DNA from: Methanotrichaceae archaeon
GTDB lineage: Archaea > Halobacteriota > Methanosarcinia > Methanotrichales > Methanotrichaceae
Reading direction: 5' to 3'
Length of the DNA stretch: 64,000 nt
NCBI GenBank assembly: GCA_963813075.1
Contig: CAWEXU010000030.1
Coordinates: forward strand, 128,001-192,000
Within the stretch, counting starts at the first letter, position 1. Each line of letters opens with the position of its first letter. Positions 9,863-20,458 of this stretch are shown one piece after another. The position numbers and the translations under genes were made by a program. Under the pieces are notes generated by a model, which was given only the letters and a program-made list of their open reading frames with translations, did not search any database and was not told the DNA's origin.

Positions 9863-12498
9863 CTCTCTTCCTTTCCTCTCTCCTTTTGCATCCGCTGGTA
9901 CTGAGCCAGGCGGTCCAGGGCCTCCCTGGGGGTCATCATGTCCAGGTCCAGGGACACGATCTCCTCCAGGATGCTGTCCGTCTTCACCCTCTCCGCTTCC
10001 GCGGCCTTATTGCCATCATCATCGCCATCAAAGAATATGAGTTGGGTATAGCGAGCAGATCTCTTCTGCCCCCTCTTTCCTGATCCCGGCTGCAGAACGG
10101 CCTCCTTTTCTATCTCCCTCAAGATCTCGTCTGCCCTTCGGGTCACCACCCTGGGAACGCCGGCCAGGCGGGCGACATGCACCCCATAGCTCTTGTCCGT
10201 CGCCCCCGGGACCACTGTCCTCAGGAAGGTGATGGTGCCCTTGTCCTCCTTTACCGCAATGCTGTAGTTTCTCACTCCGGAGAGGATGCCCTCAAGCTCT
10301 GTGAGCTGATGGTAATGGGTGGCAAAGACCGATTTGCATTGAATGCTCTCATGCAGATACTCGGATATGGCCCAGGCCAAAGACAGACCGTCGAAGGTGC
10401 TGGTCCCCCGGCCCACCTCATCCAGCAGGACCAGGCTCTTTTTGGTGGCAGAGGTGAGGATGTGAGCGATCTCCGTCATCTCCACCATGAATGTGCTCTG
10501 TCCGGCAGAAAGGTCGTCATATGCCCCCACTCGGGTGAACACCCGGTCCACCAGGGAGAGTGAGGCATGGGCGGCAGGCACAAACGACCCGGCCTGGGCC
10601 ATGATCACCGCCAGGGCTATCTGGCGCATGAAGGTGGATTTACCCGCCATGTTCGGGCCGGTGAGGATGATCAGACGATTCCGGTCCCGGTCTAAGAGGA
10701 CGTCATTGGGCACAAAACTCCCTCGCATTGCTTTATCCAGGACCGGGTGGCGGCTGGCACGAAGGGAGATTCTGCCCTCCTGGTTGAACTCTGGCCGGAC
10801 CAGGTTGTTCTCCTTAGCGGTGGTGGCCAGGGAGGCAAGCACATCAAGCTCAGCTATTGCCGTGGCCCTCTCCTGGATGGCTGCTGCTTTTCCCGCCACC
10901 TCATCTCTCACCCGACAAAACAGCACCTGCTCCAGGGATACCGACCTCTCCTGGGCGGAGAGGACGCGGGATTCCATCTCTTTCAGCTCCGGAGTGACAA
11001 ATCTCTCCCCATTGGCCAGGGTCTGCTTGCGGATATATTCCGGGGGAACCAGGTGCAGGTTTGGCCGTGAGACCTCGATATAGTAGCCGAAGACATTATT
11101 AAAGGCGATCTTGAGCGATTTGATGCCCGTCCTCTCCTTCTCAGCGCTCTCCAGGCGGCTGATCCAGCCTCTGCCATCCCTCAAGAGCTCCCGGAGCTGG
11201 TCTATCTCCGGGTCATAGCCATCCCGGATCACTCCCCCCTCCCTCAGGTGGACGGGCGGGTCCTCTATTATCGACTTCTCTATCAGGGAGACTATATCAT
11301 CCACCGGGGAAAGCCTGGCCGAAAGATCCAGCAGATATGAGCTTTGAGCCGGGGACTGACCATTCTGGAGGATCTCCTGCAGGCGGGGCAGCCTCTCCAG
11401 GGTGCTCTTCAGGACAGCCAGCTCTTTAGGGCTGGCGGATTTGCATGATATCCGGCCTAAGAGTCTCTCCAGGTCGGAGGCGCCCTTAAGCTCCTCCGCC
11501 AGGCTGCGGTGCAGCAGGGATTTGGTGCAGAGTTCATCTACCGCCTCCAGCCTGCGGGCTATGCCTTCTTCGCTCTGCAGGGGCATTTGTATCCAGCGGG
11601 CCAGGGTTCTCGCCCCCATAGCGGTCCTGGTCTGGTCCAGGAACTCCAGCAGGGTGCCCCGGCGGGAGCGGTCGCGGATGTTTCTGGAGATCTCCAGGTT
11701 TCGCACTGTGACCTCATCCAGGAGCATATAGTCCGATCCCGAGTAGATCTGAACATCCTTCAAGTGCCCCAGGAGGTCGAATCTGGTGGAATTCAGATAA
11801 GAGAGGACGGCTCCGCAGGCTCTCTGAGATAGCTCCCTTTTCTCCAGCCGGAGCTTTTCTTTCCAGTCCGGTCCGTAGCGTTCGGCCAGGGCAGCCACCG
11901 TTTTTTCCCGGGAGAAGAAGGCCTCCTCCAGGAGCTGCTCATTTGTGCTCTCCCAGTGGAGGGGAAAAGAGGATAAGCACTCCGCCGGCCGGAACTTGGC
12001 AAGCTCGGTGTGCAGGCGGTTATGGGGGACCTCCGTGGTCAAAAAATCGCCGGTGGAGACGTCCACAAAGGCCAGGCCCACATTTTCATCCTCTTTCACA
12101 ATCGCCGCCAGGAAGTTGTTCTTGCCCTCCTCGAGCATGGAGGGCTCGATGATCGTTCCCGGTGTCACCACCCGGGTTATGGCTCTTTTCACCAGACCGT
12201 GGGCCTGCTTTGGGTCCTCCACCTGGTCGCAGATGGCCACCTTATGCCCCGCCCGGATGAGCCGGGCGAGATAGACGTCAAGAGCATGGTATGGGACACC
12301 AGCCAGGGGGATCTTCTCTCCCTGGTCATCCTTCTGCCTGGAGGTGAGGGTGATGTTCAGGTCGCGAGCCACGATGACGGCATCATCGGCAAAGGTCTCA
12401 TAAAAGTCGCCCACCCGAAAGAGGAGTAGGGCATCTGGATAGAGCTTCTTGTTCTGGTAGTACTGCTCCATCAGGGGAGAGAGCTTGGCTGGAGGCAT
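9859..12498 (-). CDS. mutS: DNA mismatch repair protein MutS
   Basis: FRVGDFYETF, TGPNMAGKST, STFMVEM, DEVGRGTST, SYGVHVA. Confidence 0.98.
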   Translation of the reverse strand: MPPAKLSPLMEQYYQNKKLYPDALLLFRVGDFYETFADDAVIVARDLNITLTSRQKDDQGEKIPLAGVPYHALDVYLARLIRAGHKVAICDQVEDPKQAHGLVKRAITRVVTPGTIIEPSMLEEGKNNFLAAIVKEDENVGLAFVDVSTGDFLTTEVPHNRLHTELAKFRPAECLSSFPLHWESTNEQLLEEAFFSREKTVAALAERYGPDWKEKLRLEKRELSQRACGAVLSYLNSTRFDLLGHLKDVQIYSGSDYMLLDEVTVRNLEISRNIRDRSRRGTLLEFLDQTRTAMGARTLARWIQMPLQSEEGIARRLEAVDELCTKSLLHRSLAEELKGASDLERLLGRISCKSASPKELAVLKSTLERLPRLQEILQNGQSPAQSSYLLDLSARLSPVDDIVSLIEKSIIEDPPVHLREGGVIRDGYDPEIDQLRELLRDGRGWISRLESAEKERTGIKSLKIAFNNVFGYYIEVSRPNLHLVPPEYIRKQTLANGERFVTPELKEMESRVLSAQERSVSLEQVLFCRVRDEVAGKAAAIQERATAIAELDVLASLATTAKENNLVRPEFNQEGRISLRASRHPVLDKAMRGSFVPNDVLLDRDRNRLIILTGPNMAGKSTFMRQIALAVIMAQAGSFVPAAHASLSLVDRVFTRVGAYDDLSAGQSTFMVEMTEIAHILTSATKKSLVLLDEVGRGTSTFDGLSLAWAISEYLHESIQCKSVFATHYHQLTELEGILSGVRNYSIAVKEDKGTITFLRTVVPGATDKSYGVHVARLAGVPRVVTRRADEILREIEKEAVLQPGSGKRGQKRSARYTQLIFFDGDDDGNKAAEAERVKTDSILEEIVSLDLDMMTPREALDRLAQYQRMQKERGKEER

Positions 12499-12558
12499 TG
12501 TGATCCATTGGTTTTCTGTTCTTTATATTTCAATTGGATAGAGAAAAGAAAATTGTGA

Positions 12559-12580
12559 GGATGCCGGTCTTTTGGCATCC
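12559..12580 (-). terminator. Hairpin followed by a T-rich tract downstream of the 12595-13299 gene
   Basis: GGATGCC-N8-GGCATCC inverted repeat, then TTTTCTTTTCT on the minus strand. Confidence 0.5.
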
Positions 12581-12594
12581 ATATACTCGCCCAG

Positions 12595-13299
12595 TTATGC
12601 GGTCTTCACTCCCTCAAAGCTTCCCGTCCAGGACTCTTTGCCGGCAGAGAGGGCATTGAACTCTCCATTGGCCATGTCTCCGTTCAGGTTGAGATAGAGC
12701 TTATAGAGGTCTATGGGGTTTATGGTGATGACATCCAGCTCCGCGCTTCCATTTCCATATACCTGTCCCGATACTGCCGCATCGATGGTGCTGTTATTCA
12801 CCCTCATCTTGCCCGCGCCAAAGACCTGGCCGTCATTCTGGAAGAGGGTTAAAGCCATGCTTCTCTGGATGCTGTCATTCAGGGAAAAGGACCAGCTCCC
12901 GCCCAAAGAGGGCAGCGCGACCTCGGCCGGGGGAAGCTCAGTCTCGGTCATCGCGGACGCATTCTCCTCTGCAGGGGGAGTGGTTGTGGGTGCGCTCTCC
13001 TCCTCGCTGCTTGCCGCCTCTGCCTCCGCCCGGGAGTCCAGGGGGTTCTTTGCGGTATCGCTCAGAGTCTTGGGCATAGTCCAGTCCATATCGCTCTTAT
13101 TTTCCTGAAGAGCCCTGGATTGCTGGGGAGTTGCCGGCGTTCCCCCGGGACCGGTGGGTGCGGCATACTCTGTGCCGCTGATCAGTTCATCAGCGCTCAA
13201 TGACTGTTGGCTGCCCCAATCGGCAGACAGTGCCGTCACTGCCAGGAAGGCAATGAAGAGCATGAATAATGCAATTGACGATTTGAATTTCATGGGCAT
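12595..13299 (-). CDS. Secreted hypothetical protein with a low-complexity linker and a C-terminal beta domain
   Basis: Signal peptide; P/T/E-rich linker; WSFSLNDS...LTLFQNDGQVFGAG domain. Confidence 0.7.
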   Translation of the reverse strand: MPMKFKSSIALFMLFIAFLAVTALSADWGSQQSLSADELISGTEYAAPTGPGGTPATPQQSRALQENKSDMDWTMPKTLSDTAKNPLDSRAEAEAASSEEESAPTTTPPAEENASAMTETELPPAEVALPSLGGSWSFSLNDSIQRSMALTLFQNDGQVFGAGKMRVNNSTIDAAVSGQVYGNGSAELDVITINPIDLYKLYLNLNGDMANGEFNALSAGKESWTGSFEGVKTA

Positions 13300-13378
13300 C
13301 TCGACCTTATTTCACATCCGGCATGAGCATTATAGTTGATAAGCTTAATGGTTATACGACAAAGGACGTATCTCTGAT

Positions 13379-13879
13379 CTAGACGATCCTTCCCATGGCG
13401 ATGCCGTTATCAGGCAGAAATAGGGCGCTATAAATATGGTAGTCTCCATAAATTGATTTCCCGTTCATGGAAAGAGATAAGCGGAATAAAGAGAGGTCTT
13501 CGGAGAGGACGTCCAGATACAGCTTGTTTCCCGAGGTCGTACCGCTGGCAGAGACGTTCTGAGCAACGCCTTCCGCCACAATCCTGCCCTTGCCGAACAG
13601 GACATCATTGGATTGGTACATATCCAGCTGCACCGTCCTGTCCAGGCTGTCCTCCAGCTCCAGCTCCCAGCGGACCGAGGGGCTTATGAGACGGGACTTC
13701 GGCCCGGTCGACTCCTGGCCTACTGCCGCTTCCCCCACATTCTTACCCATCAGAACGGGGGTGGCATTGCCCTTCAGGTCCTGTGAGGGTTTGGGGTCAA
13801 GGGCGCTGATGCCTGGTGTGAGCACCGCCGTCAGGAAAAGGAGGATGAGAATAATGATCGGATATCTTATCCATCCCAT
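13379..13879 (-). CDS. Secreted hypothetical protein, paralog of the 12595-13299 C-terminal domain
   Basis: Signal peptide; WELELEDS...LDMYQSNDVLFGKG...LDV...L aligns by eye with the neighbour. Confidence 0.7.
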   Translation of the reverse strand: MGWIRYPIIILILLFLTAVLTPGISALDPKPSQDLKGNATPVLMGKNVGEAAVGQESTGPKSRLISPSVRWELELEDSLDRTVQLDMYQSNDVLFGKGRIVAEGVAQNVSASGTTSGNKLYLDVLSEDLSLFRLSLSMNGKSIYGDYHIYSALFLPDNGIAMGRIV

Positions 13880-15690
13880 TCCGATCCCGACCTTTGCACC
13901 TCTATTTTCTCTCCCTTCTTAATCCTCTTTATGATCCTCTTGGCCATCTCCGAGGACTTGGCAATGCGGATATCTCCCCGCCGGCCAACCGTAGCGGTGA
14001 AGGCGGGCTCTTCACCCACCAGGACATCCACCGACTCCCCGGCCATGCCGTCCAGCCAGAGGATGATGTGCTTTGCCGTCTCCTCCATCCTCGGCTCGGG
14101 CACCGTCGGATGCTCCTCCTCCTTCGCCCGGACATCGATATGCATCCCAAGGCTCCTCTCGATCTGGTCGATGTTCTTTCCCGCCTTGCCGATAACCCTC
14201 GCCGCATCCTCCTGGGGCACATGGATCACTGCGCGGGAGTCCGTCAGCATCTCCACCTTGAAGGGACCGCGCACATGGTGAGAGATCTCCTTCTCGATCT
14301 CCCTGCTGGCCAGATTCCAAGAGGGCTTCTTTTCCTCTCTGCTGACAGGCATTACCACGATCTCCTCGCCGTAAGAGTACATCTCGTACTCCGCCTGGCC
14401 GGTCTCGAAGTCCTTGACCACGATCACCGGCCGGGCCAAATCCGCCTCCACCATTCCCGAGGGGACCTTGACCACAAACTCCACATCCAGAACCTTGGTG
14501 ACCTCCCCTTTCTCGATGAAGACCACGGTGTCTACCACCTGGGGGATCATGCCCATCTCCACCCGGCCAAGAAGTCGCTGCAGGCTGTCGATGGGCTTGT
14601 TGGCATGGACCACGCCGATCATGCCTACTCCTGCCAGCCTCATATCGGCAAATACCTGGAAGTCGCGCGTCTTTCTGACCTCGTCGTATATGGTATAATC
14701 CGGCCGGACAAGGAGCAGTATATCGGCCGATGCCTCCATACTCCCCTCCAGGGGACTGTACTGGGTGATCTCCGGAGGAACCTGCAGATCGCGAGGGGAC
14801 TCCAGGGTCTTGACCACATAGTTGCAGCTTAAAAGGTACTCGGCAACTCCCGCGGCAAAGGTGGACTTGCCCGATCCCGGCGGGCCGGCGATGAGAATTC
14901 CCCTCTGCCCCTCACGGAGCCGGGTCTTGAGCATGCCGCTATGGCGGTAGGAGTCGAAGCTCACCTTGGCTACCGGCCGGACGGCAGTTATCTCCAGGCC
15001 GTCGGAGAACGGTGGCTTAGCGATGGCGATTCTCATCGGCCCGATCTGAATTATCGCTGCCCCGATCTTCTCCATCTCCACATAGCCATCTGGGTCCGCT
15101 TTGGCCCGCTCATAAATCTCCCGCGAGAGGTCTCTGAGCTCCCTTTCCGAGGTGGGCCGATCGCCCAGCCGGACCAGGGAGAAGTCCCCCACATGGCCCC
15201 TCTTGGCCATGGGAATAGCACTCTCCTTGAGGTGAATGGATAGGGTATCCTCGGTGAAGTACCTCTCCAGGGACAGGGGCTTGACCGCCTCGCGCTGGGG
15301 GCGGACGTACTCCACATCCAGACCCATCGCCTCTGCCACCCGGGATTGGACCTGATCGCTGGTGAGAAAAGACGCGCCCAACTCCAGGGCCACATCCCTG
15401 ATCATGGCATCGATCTCTCCACCACCTGCGAGCTTGATCTGATCCAGGTTTGGCCTGATTCCCACATACTCCAGCTCGATCTTGCCGGCTTTGGCCAGCT
15501 CAGAGAGCTTTCTCAGCTCCTCCAATCCCTTCAAGCCGATCTCTCGGCCGTGGTTGGCCTGGGCCTCCAATTCCGCCACCACCGCCTCAGGAACTACAAT
15601 CCTCCGGCCCTGGAGCTCTCCTGATTTGATCCTGGCAGAGACTCTGCCATCTATTACCACACTGGTATCTGGCACTAGGGGTTGCGCCAT
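13867..15690 (-). CDS. PIN-domain P-loop ATPase with KH domain (PINA family)
   Basis: PIN VPDTSVVID, GEIDAMI; Walker A GPPGSGKST; RPDYTIYDE; KH VIGKAGKNI. Confidence 0.9.
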   Translation of the reverse strand: MAQPLVPDTSVVIDGRVSARIKSGELQGRRIVVPEAVVAELEAQANHGREIGLKGLEELRKLSELAKAGKIELEYVGIRPNLDQIKLAGGGEIDAMIRDVALELGASFLTSDQVQSRVAEAMGLDVEYVRPQREAVKPLSLERYFTEDTLSIHLKESAIPMAKRGHVGDFSLVRLGDRPTSERELRDLSREIYERAKADPDGYVEMEKIGAAIIQIGPMRIAIAKPPFSDGLEITAVRPVAKVSFDSYRHSGMLKTRLREGQRGILIAGPPGSGKSTFAAGVAEYLLSCNYVVKTLESPRDLQVPPEITQYSPLEGSMEASADILLLVRPDYTIYDEVRKTRDFQVFADMRLAGVGMIGVVHANKPIDSLQRLLGRVEMGMIPQVVDTVVFIEKGEVTKVLDVEFVVKVPSGMVEADLARPVIVVKDFETGQAEYEMYSYGEEIVVMPVSREEKKPSWNLASREIEKEISHHVRGPFKVEMLTDSRAVIHVPQEDAARVIGKAGKNIDQIERSLGMHIDVRAKEEEHPTVPEPRMEETAKHIILWLDGMAGESVDVLVGEEPAFTATVGRRGDIRIAKSSEMAKRIIKRIKKGEKIEVQRSGSEWDG

Positions 15691-15740
15691 TGTCAAAAAC
15701 ATCCTTTAATTATCAATTATCGTCTAAATCAAAAATAGAG

Positions 15741-16424
15741 CTAGAGATATACTATATCCATCTTTCGCTTTTTAGCAATCCACTCCAGGACATAGTCGAT
15801 ATCAAGCTGTCTTCTGATCTGCATGTTTGCCTTTACCGCCATTGCCGGGCCCTTCTTCAGAGCTTCGGAGATCTTGCGAGATGCCTCCTCGCCGAATTCC
15901 GGGTCAAGCCTCTTTATGATATACAGTCTGATATCGCTGCAGGTGAACCCTCCATCGGTGAGATGCCCAAACTCAATGCAGATCTTCCCCGGATAAGAGA
16001 GCATCCGGAAGGCTACGCTGTAGCTGGCGAATTTGTTTCTGTCGTACAGCTTTCTGTCGCTAAATCCGGTTGTGAGGTCCTCATCTAAAATCTCCTGGCC
16101 CAGCTTCAATAGCTCCTCAGTCTCCTGGCGGGAGTATTGACGGCAGCCGGCCAGCTTCAAAGCGTTCAGATTCTTCAGAGAGGTCTTCTTCTCATGGCAG
16201 TATTCATTGTTGTCCACTGCCCAGAAGTCTCCGCTCAGGGGAAATGATGAGGAAGCATAGTTATCGCAATTTCTGCATTTCAGTCCAGTTATGGCCTCTT
16301 TATCCAGAAACTGTGCAATGCCCTCCAGAGTATCCAGGGCATCAGAGATGCGAAAATCCGCACCCTCTCCTATATGCTTCTTCGCCTCCCGGACGGCAGA
16401 GAGAATTTCATTCGCATTGTCCAT
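15741..16424 (-). CDS. Hypothetical protein with a Cys cluster
   Basis: 227-aa ORF co-oriented with the PINA gene; CRNC...C...C. Confidence 0.6.
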   Translation of the reverse strand: MDNANEILSAVREAKKHIGEGADFRISDALDTLEGIAQFLDKEAITGLKCRNCDNYASSSFPLSGDFWAVDNNEYCHEKKTSLKNLNALKLAGCRQYSRQETEELLKLGQEILDEDLTTGFSDRKLYDRNKFASYSVAFRMLSYPGKICIEFGHLTDGGFTCSDIRLYIIKRLDPEFGEEASRKISEALKKGPAMAVKANMQIRRQLDIDYVLEWIAKKRKMDIVYL

Positions 16425-16652
16425 ATGCTGCCAACACCCTCCAGGCCCCGTGCCTGGTCACATGAATCCTATAAAGGAAGAGCATCTGAGATAAATAGCT
16501 TGCCGGGAGCCACCTTTAAGATGATTTCATACTAATTCTGAAATTATATCAAATATCCTTTTAATCCCGCCAATTGCAGCTCTAATCGGCAGAGTGCAAT
16601 CAGACATTTTGCTCTAAATGCAGTCTGCCGGCGTAAGTGCAGGTGATATGAT

Positions 16653-17862
16653 ATGCCAATAGACAGCGGAGACACAGCATGGGTCCTGGTATCAACCGCC
16701 ATGGTCATGCTCATGACCCCCGGGGTAGGCCTCTTCTACGGCGGGCTGGTGCGCAGCAAAACAGTGGTATCGATGATAGGCCTCTCCTTCCTGGCCTTCG
16801 CCCTGGCCAGCATCCAGTGGGTACTCCTGGGCTACAGCCTCTCCTTCGGCGCGGATATCGGCGGAGCAATCGGAGGTCTCGAACTACCTGGCCCTGAGCG
16901 GAGTGGGATTGGGCGAAGCTCCCCTGGCGGGAAATCTGCCCCATCTGCTATACGTCGCCTTCCAGATGGTCTTCGCCGCGGTGACCCTGGCCATCCTCAC
17001 CTCTGCGGTGGCGGAGAGGGTGCGCTTGAGCTCATTCATCGTCCTCGCTCTGCTCTGGACCACCCTGGTCTACGATCCCCTGGCCCACTGGGTCTGGGCG
17101 GGCGGCTGGATGGCTCAGATGGGTGCTCTGGACTATGCCGGCGGGACGGTGGTCCACATAAGCTCCGGCTTCTCTGCCCTGGCCATAGCCATGGTGATCG
17201 GAAAGAGGGTGGGCTTCGGCTCCTATGTGATGGAGCCTCATAACATCCCCATGGCCATGCTCGGCGCGGGACTGCTGTGGTTTGGCTGGTTTGGCTTCAA
17301 CGCCGGCTCCGCCCTGGGAGCGAATGGCCTGGCTGCCTCCGCTCTGGTGGTGACCAACACCTCCGCTGCTGCCGGAGCTTTAACCTGGCTCTTTGCCAGC
17401 TGGTATAAAGGGAAGCCCAGCGCCCTGGGAATGGTGAGCGGCGGCATTGCCGGCCTGGTGGCCATAACCCCTGCCGCCGGCTATGTGGATGTGCCAGGAG
17501 CCCTGGTCATCGGAGCGGTGGCCGGAGTCCTCTGCTATATGGCCCTCCTCTTCCGGGTGAGCCGGGGGCTGGATGAGAGCTGCGATGCCTGGGCGGTGCA
17601 CGGCATGGGCGGCCTTTGGGGCGCTGTGGCCACGGGCATATTCGCCACCTCCGCGGTCAACAGCTACACCGGCCTGATATACGGCAACTTTCATCAGTTC
17701 GCGGTGCAGATCATGGCTGCCGGCGCATCTGTGATCTATGCCTTCGTCATGACCTATATCCTGGCAAGGATCGTGGACTCCGTCATGGGCTTGCGGGTCA
17801 CGGAGGACGAGGAATACGTGGGCCTGGATATAGCCCAGCACGGCGAGAAGGCTTATGCCTGA
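16653..17862 (+). pseudogene. amtB: Ammonium transporter, split by a +1 frameshift near 16880 (pseudogene or sequencing error)
   Basis: [22 protein letters not shown] in one frame; [32 protein letters not shown] in another; junction GGT CTC G AAC TAC CTG. Confidence 0.88.
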
Positions 17863-18213
<351 letters not shown>

Positions 18214-18236
18214 CCTCTTTTTTGATCTTTTATTCT

Positions 18237-18380
18237 TCAATGAGCTGACAGGAGCCCTAAGGGCAGCCTGGGCACCAGCCAGCGCACAAACTCCTTATAA
18301 GACCTTCAGGCCCATTCCGGCTGCCATCCGGGCGGCGGTCGATCCGCGGGCCCTGCACCCACCACAATCAGGTCATACAC
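18237..18380 (-). pseudogene. Remnant of an FAD-dependent (geranylgeranyl reductase-like) oxidoreductase
   Basis: GTG start, then YDLIVVGAGPA and, after a 1-nt shift, STAARMAAGMGLKVL*; followed by a possible C-terminal stub YKEFVRWLVPRLPLGLLSAH*. Confidence 0.7.
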
Positions 18381-18603
18381 GAATATCAATCTCCGTACAA
18401 AGCGAATTGCCCAGATTCGGCAAGAATTGGAGAGAGAGGCATCTCCATAGCTCATTATGCATATCATATATTGCCAGATGATGTTAATAGATTTTTGCCC
18501 AACGGCACATGATGCCGATTCAGTCTCGATTATCCTTGAGATTATCTGGATGAGCCGATCACTCTTAAATAACCCTACCGTGTCAGATGATGCTGGTGAA
18601 GAG

Positions 18604-19887
18604 ATGGGAATAATAGAAGACGCACGAGCAGGCAGACTGACGGAAGAGATGAAGATCGTGGCCGAGGAGGAGGGAAAGACCCCTGAGTTCATACTCCGAG
18701 GGATCGCCAGCGGCAGGATAGTCATCCCTCGCAGCCCTTACCGATACACCAGGCCGGTGGGAATCGGCAAGGGCCTCCGAACCAAGGTGAATGCCTCCAT
18801 CGGCACCAGCAGCGATATCGTTGATGTGGAGATGGAGGTGGCAAAAGCGCGCACCGCCGAAGCAAACGGTGCAGACACTCTGATGGAGCTGTCCACCGGC
18901 GGGGAGTTCCTGGAGATCAGAAGAAGGGTGATTGAGGCCACCACATTGAGCGTGGGCAGCGTCCCCCTCTACCAGGCATTCATCGAGGCCATCAGAAAGT
19001 ATGGCGCAGGAGTGGACATGCCCGAGGACGACCTCTTCCGGGCGACGGAGGAGCAGGCTAAGATGGGAACCAACTTCATGGCCATCCACACCGGCATCAA
19101 TAGCATCTGTATAGAGCGGCTCCGCCGCCAGGGAGGTCGATTTGGCGGCGTCTGCAGCCGGGGAGGGGCCTTCATGATCGGCTGGATGCTGCACAACCAG
19201 AAAGAGAATCCACTCTACCGGGAGTTCGACTACCTCCTTGAGATCCTAAAAGAGCATGAGGTCACCCTCAGCCTGGGCAACGGCCTTCGGGCGGGGGCAG
19301 TGCACGACTCCACCGACCGGGCCCAGATCCAGGAGCTGATAATCAACTCCGAGCTGGCGGATAGAGCCCAGGAAGCGGGGGTTCAGACCATAGTGGAGGG
19401 GCCGGGCCACATCCCCATCGATGAGATCGAGGCCAACGTCCTGGTGATGAAGAGGATGACCGCGGAGCGGCCTTTTTACATGCTCGGCCCTCTGGTCACC
19501 GATATCGCTCCCGGATACGACCACATCGTGGCGGCAATCGGAGCCAGCCTCTCATCTGCCTACGGAGCGGACTTCATCTGCTATGTCACCCCGGCTGAGC
19601 ATCTGGCTCTTCCCAATGTGGAGGACGTGAGGACGGGCACCATCACCGCCAGGATAGCGGCCCATATCGGCGACATGATCAAAAACAACGATCGCCAAAG
19701 GGATCTGGATATGGGAAGGGCGCGGAGGGATATGCTCTGGGAGAAGCAGTTCCAGCTGGCCATCGATCCAGAGACGGCAAAGCTTGTCCGGGCTGACAGG
19801 ACCCCCTCAGACTCTGAGGTCTGCACCATGTGCGGAGATTACTGTGCCCTAAAAATAATAAAAGAGAATATTGACCTTGCCCGTTAG
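18604..19887 (+). CDS. thiC: ThiC-family radical SAM enzyme (HMP-P synthase, or a Bza-type paralog)
   Basis: KVNASIGTS, GADTLMELS, GSVPLYQ, SRGGA, EGPGH, PFYMLGPL, CYVTPAEHL, CTMCGDYC. Confidence 0.85.
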   Translation: MGIIEDARAGRLTEEMKIVAEEEGKTPEFILRGIASGRIVIPRSPYRYTRPVGIGKGLRTKVNASIGTSSDIVDVEMEVAKARTAEANGADTLMELSTGGEFLEIRRRVIEATTLSVGSVPLYQAFIEAIRKYGAGVDMPEDDLFRATEEQAKMGTNFMAIHTGINSICIERLRRQGGRFGGVCSRGGAFMIGWMLHNQKENPLYREFDYLLEILKEHEVTLSLGNGLRAGAVHDSTDRAQIQELIINSELADRAQEAGVQTIVEGPGHIPIDEIEANVLVMKRMTAERPFYMLGPLVTDIAPGYDHIVAAIGASLSSAYGADFICYVTPAEHLALPNVEDVRTGTITARIAAHIGDMIKNNDRQRDLDMGRARRDMLWEKQFQLAIDPETAKLVRADRTPSDSEVCTMCGDYCALKIIKENIDLAR

Positions 19888-20357
19888 CCAAAGAAGATAT
19901 TGTAGCCGAACTGCAGGACTGAGGTGCTGGAGAGAACCGCCTTCAATTTCGCCCTGGCGATCAGATCATTCGCCTCGAAGGTGATCCGGCCAGCATCCCT
20001 CTCTTTTTCGAAGGCTACTATTGGCTCTTTTGACATCCTGATGTTGTTTATCGCCTCCTCTGAGGCATTGATGGTGATGGAGGGATCGGCCCAGCCGCCT
20101 TCAATGGTCCCGTTTATTCGCGCCGATTTCATATCCAGGCCCAACCGGAAGACGCTGGCATTATTCCGGGGCACTTCCAGGTTGATCCTCTCGTCTCCCA
20201 TAATGGTCTTCAGAACTTCTGGCGCTCGATCGATATTCCGGTTATACGAGTCGATATGCTTTTGGGTCTCCGCCATGTCAATGTTAAAGGCACTGACAAT
20301 GGATATCAGGAGCACTAGAGAAATCGCAATGCATAAGATTGATCTTCTCATAGCCAT
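19884..20357 (-). CDS. Secreted hypothetical protein
   Basis: Signal peptide RRSILCIAISLVLLISIVSA; 157 aa. Confidence 0.65.
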   Translation of the reverse strand: MAMRRSILCIAISLVLLISIVSAFNIDMAETQKHIDSYNRNIDRAPEVLKTIMGDERINLEVPRNNASVFRLGLDMKSARINGTIEGGWADPSITINASEEAINNIRMSKEPIVAFEKERDAGRITFEANDLIARAKLKAVLSSTSVLQFGYNIFFG

Positions 20358-20458
20358 CCATCGCTTTTATTCAAATAAATATTTTTGGGACATAGGCTGC
20401 GCTTTTCTCTTTGTCTGCCACAGAATCATTTAAGTACAATCTTTTCAAATAGTAGACC

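Noticed and set aside
8150..12498. mutS-mutL in an archaeon as a novelty
   Set aside because: Already known in Methanosarcinales-related methanogens and halophiles
18457..18603. N-terminal extension of ThiC in the ORF track
   Set aside because: AT-rich promoter-like sequence; the family start fits the ATG at 18604
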